In this document: positions 1 to 14,066 of the stretch, piece after piece
Layout: each line of letters begins with the position of its first letter
Numbering within the stretch: position 1 is the first letter of the stretch
Origin: Dendrobates tinctorius
Taxonomy: Eukaryota
Direction: 5' to 3'
Assembly: GCF_039654945.1 (NCBI RefSeq)
Contig: NW_027361869.1
Coordinates: 2,976,001-3,040,000 of the forward strand
DNA: 64,000 nucleotides
Program-made: the position numbers and the translations under genes
The notes under the pieces: model-generated
What the model saw: only the letters and a program-made list of their open reading frames with translations
Told to the model about the DNA's origin: nothing
Database searches by the model: none

Positions 1-3000
1 TAGTCCAGTGGCTCTGGCTGATGGGACGATGTGGGTTTTTATGTGTAGTAGTCCGGTAACTCTGGCTGACGGGATGATGTGGGATATTATGGGTAGTAGT
101 CCGGTATCTCTGGCTGACGGGATGATGTGGGATATTAGTGGTAGTAGTCCGGTGACTCTGGCTGACGGGATGATGTGGGATATTAGTGGTAGTAGTCCCG
201 TGGCTCTGGCTGATGGGACAATGTGGGATATTAGGGGTAGTAGTCCGTTGGCTCTGGCTGACGGTATGATGTGGGATATTAGTGGTAGTTTCCTGTGGCT
301 CTGGCTGACAGGAGGATGTGGGATATTAGGGGTAGTAGTCCGGTAGCTCTGGCTGACGGGATAATGTGGGATATTAGAGGTAGTAGGCCGGTGGCTCTGG
401 CTGACGGGATGATGTGGGATATTAGGGGTAGTAGTCCGGTAACTCTGGCTGACGGGATGATGTGGGATATTAGTGGTAGTAGTCCGGTGGCTCTGGGTGA
501 CGGGATGATGTGGGATATTAGTGGTAGTTGTCCAGTGGCTCTGGCTGACGGGATGATGTGGGATATTATGGGTAGTAGTCCGGTAGCTTTGGCTGACAGG
601 ATGAGGTGGGATATTAGTGGTAGTTGTCCGGTGGCTCTGGCTGACAGGATGATGTGGGATATTAGTGGTAGTAGTCCGGTGGCTCTGGCTGACGGGATGA
701 TGTGGGATATTAGTGGTAGTAGTCCGGTAGCTCTGGCTGACGGGATGATGTGGGATATTAGTGGTAGTAGTTCGGTAGCTCTGGCTGACGGGATGATGTG
801 GGATATTAGTGGTAGTAGTCCGGTGGCTCTTGCTCACGGGATGATGTGGGATATTATGGGTAGTAGTCCGGTAACTCTGGCTGACGGGATGATGTGGGAT
901 TTTAGTGGTAGTAGTCCGGTAGCTCTGGCTGACGGGATGATGTGGGATATTAGTGGTAGTTGTCCAGTGGCTCTGGCTGACTGGATGATGTGGGATGTTA
1001 GGGGTAGTAGTCTGGTGGTTCTGGCTGACGGGATGATGTGGGATATTATGGGTAGTAGTTTGGTAGCTCTGGCTGACGGGATGATGTGGGATATTAGTGG
1101 TAGTAGTCCGGTGGCTCTTGCTCACGGGATGATGTGGGATATTATGGGTAGTAGTCTGGTAGCTCTGGCTGACGGGATGATGTGGGATATTAGTGGTAGT
1201 AGTCCGGTGGCTCTTGCTGACAGGATGATGTGGGATATTTAGGGTAGTAGTCCGGTAACTCTGGCTGACTGGATGATGTGGGATTTTAGTGGTAGTAGTC
1301 CGGTAGCTCTGGCTGACGGGATGATGTGGGATATTAGTGGTAGTTGTCCAGTGGCTCTGGCTGACGGGATGATGTGGGATATTCTGGGTAGTAGTCCGGT
1401 GGCTCTGGGTGACGGGATGATGTGGGACATTATGGGTAGTAGTCCGGTAACTCTGGCTGACGGGATGATGTGGGATTTTAGTGGTTGTAGTCCGGTAGCT
1501 TTGGCTGACGGGATGATGTGGGATATTAGTGGTAGTTGTCCAGTGGCTCTGGCTGACGGGATGATGTGGGATATTCTGGTTAGTAGTCCGGTAGCTCTGG
1601 CTGACGGGATGATGTGGGATATTAGTGGTAGTAGTCCGGTGTCTCTGGCTGATGGGATGATGTGGGATATTAGTGGTAGTAGTCCTGTGGCTCTGGCTGA
1701 TGGGACAATGTTGGTTTTTATGGGTAGTAGTCAGGTAACTCTGGCTGACGGGATGATGTGGGATATTATGGGTAGTAGTCCGGTAGCTCTGGCTGACGGG
1801 ATGATGTGGGATATTATGGGTAGTAGTCCGGTATCTCTGGCTGACGGGATGATGTGGGATATTAGTGGTAGTAGTCCGGTGACTCTGGCTGATGGGATGA
1901 TGTGGGATATTAGTGGTAGTAGTCCCGTGGCTCTGGCTGATGGGACGATGTGGGATATTAGGGGTAGTAGTCCGGTAGCTCTGGCTGACGGGATAATGTG
2001 GGATATTAGAGGTAGTAGGCCGGTGGCTCTGGCTGACGGGATGATGTGGGATATTAGGGGTAGTAGTCCGGTAACTCTGGCTGACGGGATGATGTGGGAT
2101 ATTAGTGGTAGTAGTCCGGTGGCTCTGGGTGACGGGATGATGTGGGATATTAGTGGTAGTTGTCCAGTGGCTCTGGCTGACGGGATGATGTGGGATATTA
2201 TGGGTAGTAGTCCGGTAGCTTTGGCTGACAGGATGAGGTGGGATATTAGTGGTAGTTGTCCGGTGGCTCTGGCTGACAGGATGATGTGGGATATTAGTGG
2301 TAGTAGTCCGGTGGCTCTGGCTGACGGGATGATGTGGGATATTATGGGTTGTAGTCCTGTAGCTCTGGCTGACGGGATGATGTGGGATATTAGTGGTAGT
2401 AGTCCGGTGGCTCTGGCTGACGGGATGATGTGGGATATTAGTGGTAGTAGTCCGGTGGCTCTGGCTGACGGGATGATGTGGGATATTAGTGGTAGTAGTC
2501 CGGTAGCTCTGGCTGACGGGATGATGTGTGATATTAGTGGTAGTAGTTCGGTAGCTCTGGCTGACGGGATGATGTGGGATATTAGTGGTAGTAGTCCGGT
2601 GGCTCTTGCTGACAGGATGATGTGGGATATTTGGGGTAGTAGTCCGGTGGCTCTTGCTGACAGGATGATGTGGGATATTTGGGGTAGTAGTCCGGTAGCT
2701 CTGGCTGACGGGATGATGTGGGATATTAGTGGTAGTTGTCCAGTGGCTCTGGCTGACGGGATGATGTGGGATATTCTGGGTAGTAGTCCGGTGGCTCTGG
2801 GTGATGGGATGATGTGGGATATTCTGGGTAGTAGTCCGGTGGCTCTGGCTCACGGGATGATGTGGGATATTATGGGTAGTAGTCCGGTAACTCTGGCTGA
2901 CGGGATGATGTGGGATATTTGTGGTAGTTGTCCAGTGGCTCTGGCTGACGGGATGATGTGGGATAATATGGGTAGTAGTCTGCTAGCTCTGGCTGACGGG

Positions 3001-4600
3001 ATGATGTGGGATATAAGGGGTAGTAGTCCAGTGGCTCTGGCTGACGGGATGATGTGGGATATTATGGGTAGTAGTCCGGTAGCTCTGGCTGACGGGATGA
3101 TGTGGGATATTAGTGGTAGTAGTCCGGTGGCTCTGGCTGACGGGATGATGTGGGATATTAGTGGTAGTAGTCCGGTGGCTCTGGGTGACAGGATGATGTG
3201 GGACATTATGGGTAGTAGTCCGGTAACTCTGGCTGACGGGATGATGTGGGATTTTAGTGGTAGTAGTCCGGTAGCTTTGGCTGACGGGATGGTGTGGGAT
3301 ATTTGTGGTAGTTGTCCAGTGTCTCTGGCTGACGGGATGATGTGGGATATTAGTGGTAGTAGTCCAGTGGCTCTGGCTGACGGGATGATGTGGGATATTA
3401 GTGGTAGTAGTCCGGTACCTCTGGCTGACGGGATGATGTGGGATATTAGTGGTAGTTGTCCGGTGACTCTGGCTGATGGGATGATGTGGTATATTATGGG
3501 TAGTAGTCCGGTAGCTCTGGCTGACGGGATGATGTGGGATATTATTGGTAGTAGTCCGGTAGCTCTGTCTGACGGGATGATGTGGGATATTAGTGGTAGT
3601 TGTCCAGTGGCTCTGGCTGACGGGATGATGTGGGATATTAGTGGTAGTTGTCCAGTGGCTCTGGCTGGCGGGATGATGTGGGATATTAGGGGTAGTAGTC
3701 AGGTGGCTCTGACTGACGGGATGATGTGGGATATTAGGGGTAGTAGTCCAGTGGCTCTGGCTGACGGCATGATGTGGGATATTAGTGGTAGTAGTCCGGT
3801 AGCTCTGGCTGACGGAATGATGTGGGATATTAGTGGTAGTTGTCCAGTGGCTCTGGCTGACGGGATGATGTGGGATATTCTGGGTAGTAGTCCGGTAGCT
3901 CTGGCTGACCGGATGATGTGGGATATTAGTGGTAGTAGTCCGGTACCTCTGGCTGACGGGATGATGTGGGATATTAGTGGTAGTTGTCCAGTGGCTCTGG
4001 CTGACGGGATGATGTGGGATATTAGTGGTAGTTGTCCGGTGGCTCTGGCTGGCGGGATGATGTCGGATATTAGGGGTAGTAGTCCGGTGGCTCTGACTGA
4101 CGGGATGATATGGGATATTAGGGGTAGTAGTCCGGTAGCTCTGGCTGACGGGATGATGTGGGATATTTGTGGTAATAGTCCGGTAGCTCTGGCTGACCGG
4201 ATGATGTGGGATATTTGTGGTAGTAGTCCGGTAGCTCTGGCTGACTGGATGATGTGGGATATTAGTGGTAGTAGTCCGGAGGTTCTGGCTGACGGGATGA
4301 TGTGGGATATTAGTGGTAGTGGTCCGGAGGTTCTGACTGACGGGATGATGTGGTTTATTTTGGGTAGTAGTCCGGTAGCTCTGGCTGACGGGATGATGTG
4401 GGATATTAGTGGTAGTAGTCCGGTAGCTCTGGCTGACGGGATGATGTGGGATATTATGGGTAGTAGTGCGGTAGCTCTGGCTGACGGGATGATGTGGGAT
4501 ATTATTGGTAGTAGTCCAGTGGCTCTGTCTGACGGGACGATGTGGGATATTATGGGTAGTAGTCCGGTGGCTCTGGCTGACGCGATGATGTGGGATATTA
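1..4600. repeat. 48-bp minisatellite array (about 95 units; runs off the left edge)
   Basis: Unit GACGGGATGATGTGGGATATTAGTGGTAGTAGTCCGGTGGCTCTGGCT repeats in tandem with scattered substitutions. The DGMMWDISGSSPVALA ORFs are its translation. Confidence 0.95.
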
Positions 4601-4734
4601 TAGTGAATGTGGCTATGTGGAATGGGCGGTGCTCTACACTCAGCCTTATATATATATAGAAATAATCATTAAAATTTGTTATAACTAACCGTAGTTAGTT
4701 ACTATGCCCGGGCAGCGCCCTGCTCTTCAGCTAG
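4600..4734 (+). mobile_element. Helitron-type 3' end of a non-autonomous element that carries the 48-bp array
   Basis: GC-rich hairpin GCCCGGGCAGCGCCCTGC (about 4706-4723), then TCTTCAG-CTAG followed by T. The same end occurs inverted at 45985-46045, again followed by a minisatellite. Confidence 0.6.
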
Positions 4735-5229
4735 TATATTGTAAAGAAGCAAAGCAAGGATGTGCAAAATAAATGGTCTCAAAACCGTGGCTTTTGTAGC
4801 TATTGTGCCACTACCACCCTCAGCATACTGTGAATAGTGGTTTTACAAGTAGAACTTGGAGACCACTCCTGTTATACAGAAATCATCAAATGAGGATCAA
4901 GTCTTTGGCCAAACATGGGATAAAGGTGGCCACAGACTTAAATAATTGGCCAGTGGAGAGGAGTAATTTGGTTTTCATTGTTCTGGTCCGGCGTCCTCTA
5001 CGGCAGTTATTCATGTTGGCCAACATTGTATGAGGCTTTTTCCCCAAGCTTCAGGTCACTTTGGGACGCGAGGACATCACAGGGCCCAATAAGCACCAGA
5101 GGCACCAAGGATAAGATAGGCTACCATGGAGTTTTGCAGTGGATGTTGGACCAAATTGAATTGCTTATACAATATATACTGGTCAGCCATCTTCCTCCAT
5201 TTTGGTATTACTAGGAGATGAGGGGACAC

Positions 5230-6345
5230 CGTAGGGAGGACAAGGATCAGAAATGTATTAGACAAAGCTCTGATGGATCAAAGGAATAATGTATGCCTTT
5301 TTTTTTCCAGGGGATGGAGAAGATGATGAGACAGAAGAACACGCCGGAGATGATGGGATTCAGACCAAACCAGTACTCTCTAAGGCAGAGCGAAGCCATA
5401 TTATTGTATGGCAAGTCTCCTACGTCCCTGAATGAATGCAACCTTAGCCTTCTCCCCATAATGCCAAGACGCCTCCTGCTTCCCTGCAACCCGCTGGAAG
5501 TACCAAACTGGAACAGTGACACAATTCTGCGCAATTTCTCAGCCCGTGTTTTGCTGGTCTTCTCTCATCTACTTTTAATTCAACCTTCTGATGTGCCCAA
5601 TACCTAGAAAACTCCAGAACATGGCAGCATATCCACAAACTCCTGGAGACTCACGTTCAAAACTAATTCTCATGTTTCTTCTTCAAAAGCCTAAGTATGA
5701 TGGACTGGTAGATTAAATATCACCTCTGCCAGGTCGGCATCAAGGTCCGATCATCCAGGCTGGCGCTGAAATGTTTGGCGGGTTACACTATGGATCGCAG
5801 GGGACTGAATTTAAGGAAGTTCAGGGCTAGGCTGCGTCTGAGGATCAAGTTTTTGTGTTCTTTTTCTTCTCATGCCAAATCGTTCTGGGTATTATGAGAA
5901 GTTAATTAGCACCTACTTCATGCTAAGGCTGAACACATCTATCAGTATTGGTGTATTGCATTATTTTTACATCCATCTATGGTAAGATAGATCAAAATCA
6001 AATTAATAAAATTGCACTGAAAGAAAAAAATTGTAACGCAGGAGCTCATCGGTTGCCTGCGAGCAATAAGACTTAGTCGCATCACCATTAGGGAAGAACT
6101 ACATCTCCCATCTTGCAGTTCCAAAGCTGGAAATGAGAGGGTGTAGGTTATAGATAGTGGAGATTATGTGACCGTTGACATTTCAGAACAAGTCTTAGAG
6201 TTTTGACACCCCCAAAAAAACCCGTAGATATCTTAAAATATTTGCTTGACGGAGCTGCAACAACACACACAGCCTGTAGATATGGGTGGCGCTGTTCTAG
6301 GAAGAGAGCAACCGTATTTTCATACAGAAATAAAATTACATCCAT
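5230..6345 (-). mobile_element. Highly degenerate L1/Tx1-like LINE ORF2 fragment (endonuclease region)
   Basis: Broken minus-strand frames give LINE-like remnants such as 'NVNGHIISTIYN' near 6185 and '[12 protein letters not shown]'-like near 5460 (cf. W-x-A-x-K-A-x-x-R-G). Many stops and frameshifts; boundaries approximate. Confidence 0.35.
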
Positions 6346-6352
6346 GATTTAA

Positions 6353-6411
6353 AGGGATTGTCCAGAGCCGCTCACTTCTTCATTGAAGACCGGCAGTACT
6401 GGATAACCCCT
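6353..6411. mobile_element. Very short internally deleted T2/Kolobok-type MITE
   Basis: TTAA|AGGGATTGTCCAG ... CTGGATAACCCCT|TTAG terminal inverted repeats. Confidence 0.4.
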
Positions 6412-7539
6412 TTAGGGTGGATAAGTGCTCGTTCAGTCGAAAGCTCTTCCTCCATACACATGAAGGTTGGACTCAGTCGAGCGCTCATGTGTTTTCAAAA
6501 GAGAGCGGAGTAAGTGCCGGCCGGAAACCTCTGCTGGAGGACTTGAATTCAGCATGGCCAATCCTTCTCTCCTACGCCAGATAACCCCTCTAAATTTAAA
6601 GAGCAGGCTCAAGTAGGGGTAAAACTGCCATCCTCTTTTAGGATCAATTTGGCTAATAGACACCACTTATATACAGCTTTAAGGAGGAAGTATAGCACCG
6701 ATAACTCTCCTAGGACTGCCAATATTGGGGCAAGGGGTATAAAGACAGCACCAGGAGGTAGGCCTTATATCACTATGGTGCCTGGTCCACTTGGGCTGAT
6801 GTATGTATAACTTACCATATTGACCTGCTAGCCTCAACAGCATTCACAATGGGGCAAATGGACTCGCTCAGCCTGAAGGCCGAAAAAAAACAACCTGTAT
6901 TCTAAGTTACTCCATACATATCTCCTAATTCAATGACCAGTGGTAATCCCGCGCCTGACCAAACTAATCTAACAATCGCTATTTCCCCAGACGACTTCCC
7001 TGCATGTGTGCCTGTTGCTCCCGCACTGCCTCCAATACTCAGCGTTGCAGGATTTTCTGGGAGTTCAGGGATTAAACCAGAACAAAAAAAAAAAGCACAT
7101 TACTAAGCAGCCAGCAAGGTATAAAGTGCTCGGCTCTAACAGCTCGTTCTACCTACAGCGACGACGTGTAAAGAACGTGTCACAAGGGGGGCTCTAACGT
7201 GTCTGTTCCAAAAAAAAAGAAAAATGCTTGTAAACTCCGCAGTGTGCCCCGTCCGTCCTCTGGTCTAATCGGTGGCATTATGTAAAGACAGCTGTATGAA
7301 TACCGCTCTGCTTCCTCTCCTCCTTGTGACATGATCACCATGTAATTGTTATGTATGTAATAAATGTATTACAAAATGAATGCTAGACGCCGGTGTTGTG
7401 TGGTGGTGACGGCCCCTGTGGGTCAGGACACAGACGTGTGGAGAGCTTATAGACAGGACATCCCAACAGAATTTGAAGGATCTGACAGCAAACATCCAAG
7501 GGCTAATGAAGATTACAGCCTCAAGTCACGGCCGACTAA

Positions 7540-7857
7540 GGCTGTGTGCACACGCTGCGGTTCCGCAGCGGATTTGGCCGCTGCGGACCCGCAGCAGTTT
7601 CTGCTGCGGTGTACAGTACCATGATTTCCTTTGGGAAATCAAAAACCGCAGTGCAGACCGTGCGGAATTTTCCGCACGGATTATCTGTGGTTTTCAATCC
7701 GCAGAAAGAATTGACATGTCAATTCTTTCTGCGGATTCTGCTGCGGATTGCCATCTCCTCCATTGAGGAGATGAAAAACCGCAGAGCAATCCGCAGGTCT
7801 TTTGACCTGCGGTTTCACCTGCGGATTTTACAAAATCCGCAGCGTGTGCACACAGCC
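7540..7857. mobile_element. PIF/Harbinger (Tourist-like) MITE
   Basis: TIR GGCTGTGTGCACACGCTGCGG ... CCGCAGCGTGTGCACACAGCC, TAA duplicated on both sides, internal TGCGGA/TCCGCA motifs. Confidence 0.85.
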
Positions 7858-8245
7858 TAAGTCTGGTAACTGAAGCTATCAGTATGGTCGGCATATATGA
7901 GGCTTCACTCGTTCTGAAACTTGGGGCCAAAATACGTAGGAGAAAATATCACTGTAATATTGATTGTATGAACTAGCCCTAATGTCTATAGGGCTGAGCT
8001 GCAAAAGGGACACCGGGCACAGGTAAGAACCAATATACAAACTCTTTTTGACAATATTACAGAACACCCTTTGGACGGGGCAGCTAAAGACCGCCATGAC
8101 ACACTGTGATATTACATCTAATGATTATCAATGGGGGGTCAAGTTGCAGCTGTTGCCAAAAAAATCCCAAACCTGTTGACTTTTCAGTTGGAAGTCACAT
8201 ATGTTTAGTTTGCATTAAAGCTTTTTTTTTTTTTTTAAAGCTAAA

Positions 8246-8550
8246 AGGGTTATTCCCATCTCCAAGATCCTATCCCTATAGTAGGTGTAAATATATTATC
8301 AAATATCTCCAATTAGAAATGTAGTATAGTTTTTCAGATTAGCTATGTCTCTTTCCTCATGTGCAAGGGCATTGCAGTAACTTAGATATCAACCGTAACC
8401 ATGGATACCTAAGCTACTGCAATGCCTTGCACATGGGGAAAGTGATATAGCGAATTAGAAGAACTATACTACATTTTTAATTGGAGGTATTTGCAAATAT
8501 TATTACATCTACTACATATTGGGATAAGCTCCTGGAGATGGAAATAATCC
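8246..8550. mobile_element. Palindromic T2/Kolobok-type MITE
   Basis: AGGGTTATTCCCATCTCCAAG ... CTGGAGATGGAAATAATCC. The whole element is an imperfect palindrome centred near 8398. Confidence 0.7.
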
Positions 8551-10518
8551 AAGTTGAGCAACAGCACATTGCACAAAGGTTTTTTTTGTTCCCTGACAGG
8601 TCAGACACCTGCTGAAACTTTATTACCATTAAAATGGGGAAGATGTGGCACATACATTGATCTCTTGCACTTTTGTTGGATTTTTGTTTAGATTACTGCA
8701 AAGATATTTCCGCTATAGGAAATGGCTGTTGGGTTGTTACATTGTCCTGTAATATTAATCACAGGTCTAAAGGCCTCCAAATCAGACTGAAGGTGGAAGC
8801 ATCTGAAGATCTAATGTCTAAGGGAACCTCCTGACTCTCCCCAAGAGGCCATGTCAGGATGAGAGTAGAGTGGGGCAGATGAAAATCAATACAGGGGAGT
8901 GGGAAGAGACCGCCGTCAGCTATGGCATGTGTGTGGCCAGTCCAGCTTCATAGGGTCAGTATTGTTCCAAAAACTATATAATCCAACAGTAAAGCTAACA
9001 AACCTGCGGTAAGAAGTGGATTTATGGATTTTCAGACAAGTTACTAGTAAATTGAAGAAAACACAAAATGTCTTTTTTTTTATTACAAAAAGAGAACAAG
9101 AAGCAGTACAAAACATTGTTTTACCCTCATCCTGTAAACAGATTATCCACTTAGTATTGACCCACTGTGCTCAACATTTTTTCAACTGGACATGATGAAC
9201 AAAAATGTAAACTTCAGACGTTTATCTGTTCGTACGTTCCCACAAAGAAAAAATGCAGCGAAGTCTGAGATTTTAAGAAGTCTTACTGCAAAAAGTATCT
9301 GTAGCGTAAATGAACAAAGCCTTTAGATAAGCAGCACATCAATTTATGGCTGCTGGTGACCGTGGGACACGAAAGGTGAAATGTGCGACTCCCCCCACAC
9401 GTTCTTCACATCCGCTATGGATATCAACTTTGTGAGGTCCGAATTTAATAAGTTCTGTTGAAATGTACCCTAAAAGAACCTGACCCCGGAGTGTGAACTC
9501 CTTACCCTTCCCACAATTTAAGGTCATGGAAAAGATCACCCCGACAGCATGGACTGCTAACATGGCACAAAAGTGAACATTCAAGACGACTTTTAGATAG
9601 TGCGTGTCATTCTTTAAACAGTGCATTCATTTTCTGGACCACAATTGTCCTTTCCAGCTGAATGTCAGGTTCGGTGAATAGGCCTCAAGTTTTGGTAATT
9701 GACATTTACTGGTTTAACATTTTATGACCATCTTATATCTCCCTTACTTAAGGTCTCCTTCACGTTAAACATAATTTGTTGACTTCCACATGCTGACCAT
9801 GGAAGATAAGTAAAGATGGGTGTGAATGAGAAAAACATGATCGGGTCTGGATAAATCAAGCACCAATGTGGGATCTGCAGGTGTCATGCACGGCCAGCAG
9901 GTTTCTGTTAATTAGAATAGGAAATGTGCACGAGACCTGCAGCTACCCGGCAAGTGGCCACTGAGCCCCACGTCATTAGCCCCCTTTACCTCCCGATGCT
10001 AAAGTGAGTTGCGGATAGGGGCCATTCTCAGGCAGAACTTTGCATTTTTTGGACAGAATTACTGCAATACAATGACCAGGTGTAGAGTAGAGCTCATAGG
10101 TAGGGCTGCAGTCAGTCTGGTCAGGACGACAAAAATGGCAACAATCAAGTAGGGGACAAGACCCTGACGTAAACATCATTAATGCTCAGTGTTAGAAGTG
10201 CTGCGTAGGGTTAGATCCCCAAGCAATATCTCTGGGTATTTAGAGTTAAAAGAAGCCTTTAATCTCCAGCAGAAATGGGCAGTGGTACATGGATGATCAA
10301 GATGTGTATTTCTCATCAGGCTGGGGCTGCATGCCAACTTTGGACTTGAACGCATAAAATCGCAGTATCGGGGATACTACAATAGAAAATAACGAAATCA
10401 AATATTATTGTGACCTGCAAGTTGACACAAATCAAAATCTGCATCACAATACTGCGATCTCTGGAGGCGCAACATGCGTCTAAAGTTGTGTTACAGCTCC
10501 AGCCTAAATGTACATTAA

Positions 10519-10908
10519 AGGTGCTGTCCAGGATTGGGGCTCAAGTCTGCAGTTACTCTATGTGACCTCAGACTTGTAATTCGCACAGTGGACACTGTCA
10601 GGATTCTCCAATGTCAGGAGTTGGCGGTAACATAACCACAAGTAGGTCGTTTGCATACTTCTGGCCACATTCTGACTAGACGTGCCAGGCCCTGATTAAT
10701 TCACTTGTACTGAGCAAGGCCAGATCTGTCTAGTCTGCATGTGACTGCAAGTATGCAAATCGGATACTTTTCGTTCAGGTGCCCATCTGCTTTCAGGACC
10801 TAAGAATCCTGACAGCGAACACACTGCATGCCACACTGTGAGGATTCACAAGTGTGCAGTCACAGAGTGAGTGCAGACTTGAGAGCCAAACCTCAACAAC
10901 TTCTTCCT
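10519..10908. mobile_element. Palindromic T2/Kolobok-type MITE
   Basis: TTAA|AGG ... CCT|TTAG with long internal inverted arms (CTCAAGTCTGCA / TGCAGACTTGAG). Confidence 0.65.
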
Positions 10909-10989
10909 TTAGACTGTGTAGAAATCTTTACTATGTGATGAACAGAAGTGTTCACTCAAGTAATAGATTATCATATGTAAAGGGTGTAC

Positions 10990-11626
10990 TAGTGACGAGC
11001 AAATGTGCTCGGATAGCGTCTTATCCAGGCATCCCTGGGTGATATCTGTGTATCTCGGGCGTGCTCGTATATTATGTTTGAGTCCCTGCGGCTGCATGAT
11101 TTTCAGCTGTTAAGACAGCCTGAACACATGCAGGGATTGCCTGTTTGTTAGAGAATCCCCGCATGTTCACCCTAATGGTGTGTGCACACGTTGCGGATTC
11201 TGCTGCGGATTTCTCCGCGCAGATTTGTCTAAATCCGCAGGTCAAAAGACCTGCGGTTTATCTGCGGATTTATTGCGGTCTTCTCCTGCAGTTTGACACC
11301 TGTCATGGAGCAGGTGCCAAACCGCTGCGGAATCCGCACAAAGAAGTGACATGCTGCGGATTTAAAACTGCAGCAAATCCACGCGGAAAAATCCGCACCG
11401 TGGGCACTGCGTTTTTCATTTTGCATTGACTTAAGTGGTACTGTACACTGCAGCAGAAACTGCTGCGGATCCGCAGCAGAATCCGCAACGTGTGCACACA
11501 CCCTAACAGCCACAAATCATGCAGATGCAGTCACTTGAACATAATGTACGAGCACGCCCAAGATACACAGATAACACCCGAGCATGCTTGAATAAAACGT
11601 TATCAGAGCACGTTTGCTCATCACTA
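10990..11626. mobile_element. Non-autonomous hAT MITE
   Basis: TIR TAGTGACGAGCAAA ... TTTGCTCATCACTA; degenerate 8-bp TSD GGGTGTAC/GTCTGTAC; hosts a nested Harbinger MITE. Confidence 0.75.
11176..11503. mobile_element. PIF/Harbinger MITE, same family as 7540-7857, opposite orientation, nested in the hAT MITE
   Basis: TIR GGTGTGTGCACACGTTGCGG ... CCGCAACGTGTGCACACACC with TAA TSD at 11173-11175 and 11504-11506. Confidence 0.85.
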
Positions 11627-12340
11627 GTCTGTACACCTTCCTCATTCAGAAAGCAATATTGTTCCCAGTTTATATTGTGAATCTAACCCTCGAGACACGA
11701 CAAGGTTATAACGAACATACACCATGATAGTGCTGCAAATTCTGCACAACCTCACAGAATCCCAGTGGTACATGCAAAATACGGTGTTAGCCCAGAGCAC
11801 AATACGCCCATCTGATTGATGCTGCACACACACCCTGTACATATTTTCTCTAGGAGACTGAAGGATCAGTTTACATTTGACCAGGACGCAATGCTACACA
11901 CACCAGAAATGATATAAGTGCAGTTTGGACGGAATATGGACTTCATGCCTTGGGCTCAATATGACCTCCAAATAAAAGTTCAGGACCTGAACGGTCCTGT
12001 AAACCTCCTCCTACCTGCAACATCCCCAATCTGTAGATTGCTGGCACATCATGCGAGCGTCACACAGAAATATAAAGGATATCATGGCAAACTGCTAATC
12101 AAAAGAGGCATCGGGGATCTAGCAGATAGTAGGAAGCTTGCAGTGGTTTGGTAGCCACAGACTACCAATGCGGTCATCTGACCAGGGTGCTGCAAATTTA
12201 TTTTTTTTAAATCAACTCTACAGAAAACCATTCACATCCATGTTTCGCTCACCGTCTTTTGTTTGATAGTTGGAACAAAGAAAAAAAAGAAAAAGAAGCC
12301 CTGTGATAAGGGTAACAGCTCCAAATCTTTCCCACACCTT

Positions 12341-14041
12341 TTACTCGTAGATCCATGTCTCAGCATGGTCCTGCCAACAGACAATCTCATCTGGTCTGAA
12401 CCAGAGAGAAATCTCACGCTGGGCGCTCTCTCTAGAGTCACTTCCGTGGATCACATTCCTGAACAAAAAAAAAGAAGAAAATTTAATCATGTAGTCAGAA
12501 TGCTGAGATATCAACCGTAAAGTTAACGCCATCAACAAGGGACGGGTACTGATATGGGGCTGACAACACAAAGGACGTGCGCTGCGCAGCCTCGGAGGAA
12601 TGTCTGCTCCGCTGCCCTCACTGTTGGGTTGCACGCCCTGCGATCACTCCACCTATATCTGTTAGGAAGTGACTGCAAAGGATTTCGTGCTGTGTCAGTG
12701 GACTAGTGTCATGTAAATGTGAACCATACAGTCCATTCATTTGCATTTTACCTGCTGACATCCACACCAAAATCTCCACGAATAGTGCCCGGTAAGGAGT
12801 CCACGGGGTTGGTCTCGCCGAGCATTAGGCGGGCTGTCTTCACCACGTCCAGGCCCTGCCAGACCTTCATAAAATCAGAACGTTAGGCTACAGTAAAGAA
12901 GAACCAAGTATAATCATCAGAAGGGGTAATCTCACCAATGGCGGCACTCACCATGGCTACCACAGGTCCGGAACCCATATACTTCACCAGGCGATTATAG
13001 AACGGGCGGTCCCGCAGAGCAATGTAGTGCTCCTTTAAGAGGGTCTCTGATGCCTGTGGCGAGAAAAGACAGCCAAACTGAGAAACACAAGACTTGGGTA
13101 GTCTCCGGCGGCCATGTTTCTTTATCGTGGGATTCATAAAACCATTAAAGGAATGTTTATCGGGGGGAGAGGGGCCTAATCGCTGAGACCCCCAATGGAT
13201 CAATCTCCTCGACTTTCTCTGATAACACTACTAGGAATCTAGTAGCAAATGCGGCAATCACGACAGGTTGGATTTACAAAGAGAGCAATGGTCCACGGCA
13301 AAGTCTGCATGTCTAATGCCGGGGTCACACGGCCGATTACCTCTCACCCATGAAAATCGATGCGGTTATGCTGATCAGACCCCTCCTCATGCGGGGTGCG
13401 AGTGGCTGCTTATGGGAAGCCCACCACAGAGGATCACCATCCTACCAACATGGGAAAGAAAAGCTGCACCACAACATTAGAGCGATTATCCTGCAGATGG
13501 CGCAGGCGGACCCCCACACAGGGTCACAGCTCGCACGTCGCCCACCTGCATCAATTTCATTGCGATCAGTCGGAAGCCCTTTCTCTCGAAACGCCGGACG
13601 ATCTCGCCCACCAGGCGCCGCTGACACCCGTCAGGCTTCACCGCTAGGAAGGTGCGTTCATTCACCCCCGTCCACGCTGTAAGAGAAGACACAAAGTCAG
13701 TGGGGGGCAACATGGAAACTGCGACAAGCGGCTCACAGCAGGGTCCTGAGGGGCTCCACCAGATCTGCACAAGACCCCAACTGTGCCCACCGAGGGCCAG
13801 GCCTCACATGGCAGGAAAGCCACCGAGACCACTAATGGGCAATCCTCTGTGCGCCAGCCCTCAGCGTGCAATGCAGGGAGAACTACAACTCCCAGCAGGC
13901 TGAGAGCAGTAGTACCGCGACACAGCCCGGCAGGACCAAAGCGTGGGCCTCCTCCACGTCACGTCCATACACTGCACGCCACAGACGCTTCTCACCGGAG
14001 GGGAAAATGTGCGCGAAGATGGTCAGCGCCAGGCAGATCAT
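12341..14041 (-). CDS. NME3: Nucleoside diphosphate kinase 3, 5 coding exons: 14041-13996, 13676-13546, 13053-12952, 12864-12752, 12458-12341 (510 nt, 169 aa)
   Basis: Spliced protein begins [32 protein letters not shown] and ends [21 protein letters not shown]...WIYE*. The hydrophobic N-terminus is diagnostic of NME3 and the catalytic HGSD is present. All introns are GT-AG and the exon sizes 46/131/102/113/118 keep frame. Candidate minus-strand AATAAA near 12197-12202. Confidence 0.96.
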
Positions 14042-14066
14042 GACGGGAGCAGGAGGGAAAGCTGGT

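Noticed and set aside
1-4600. 48-bp repeat as another histone-3'-end derivative (its reverse complement contains CAGAGCCACC and CACATCATCCC)
   Set aside because: The matches are short, separated by about 20 unrelated bases, lack the AGAGCTGT core, and the array belongs to a Helitron-type element. Chance cannot be excluded.
8-4659. 1128-aa and 315-aa DGMMWDISGSSPVALA repeat proteins
   Set aside because: They are translations of a 48-bp unit with one stop-free frame. The frames are broken by indels and have no unique domain or gene structure.
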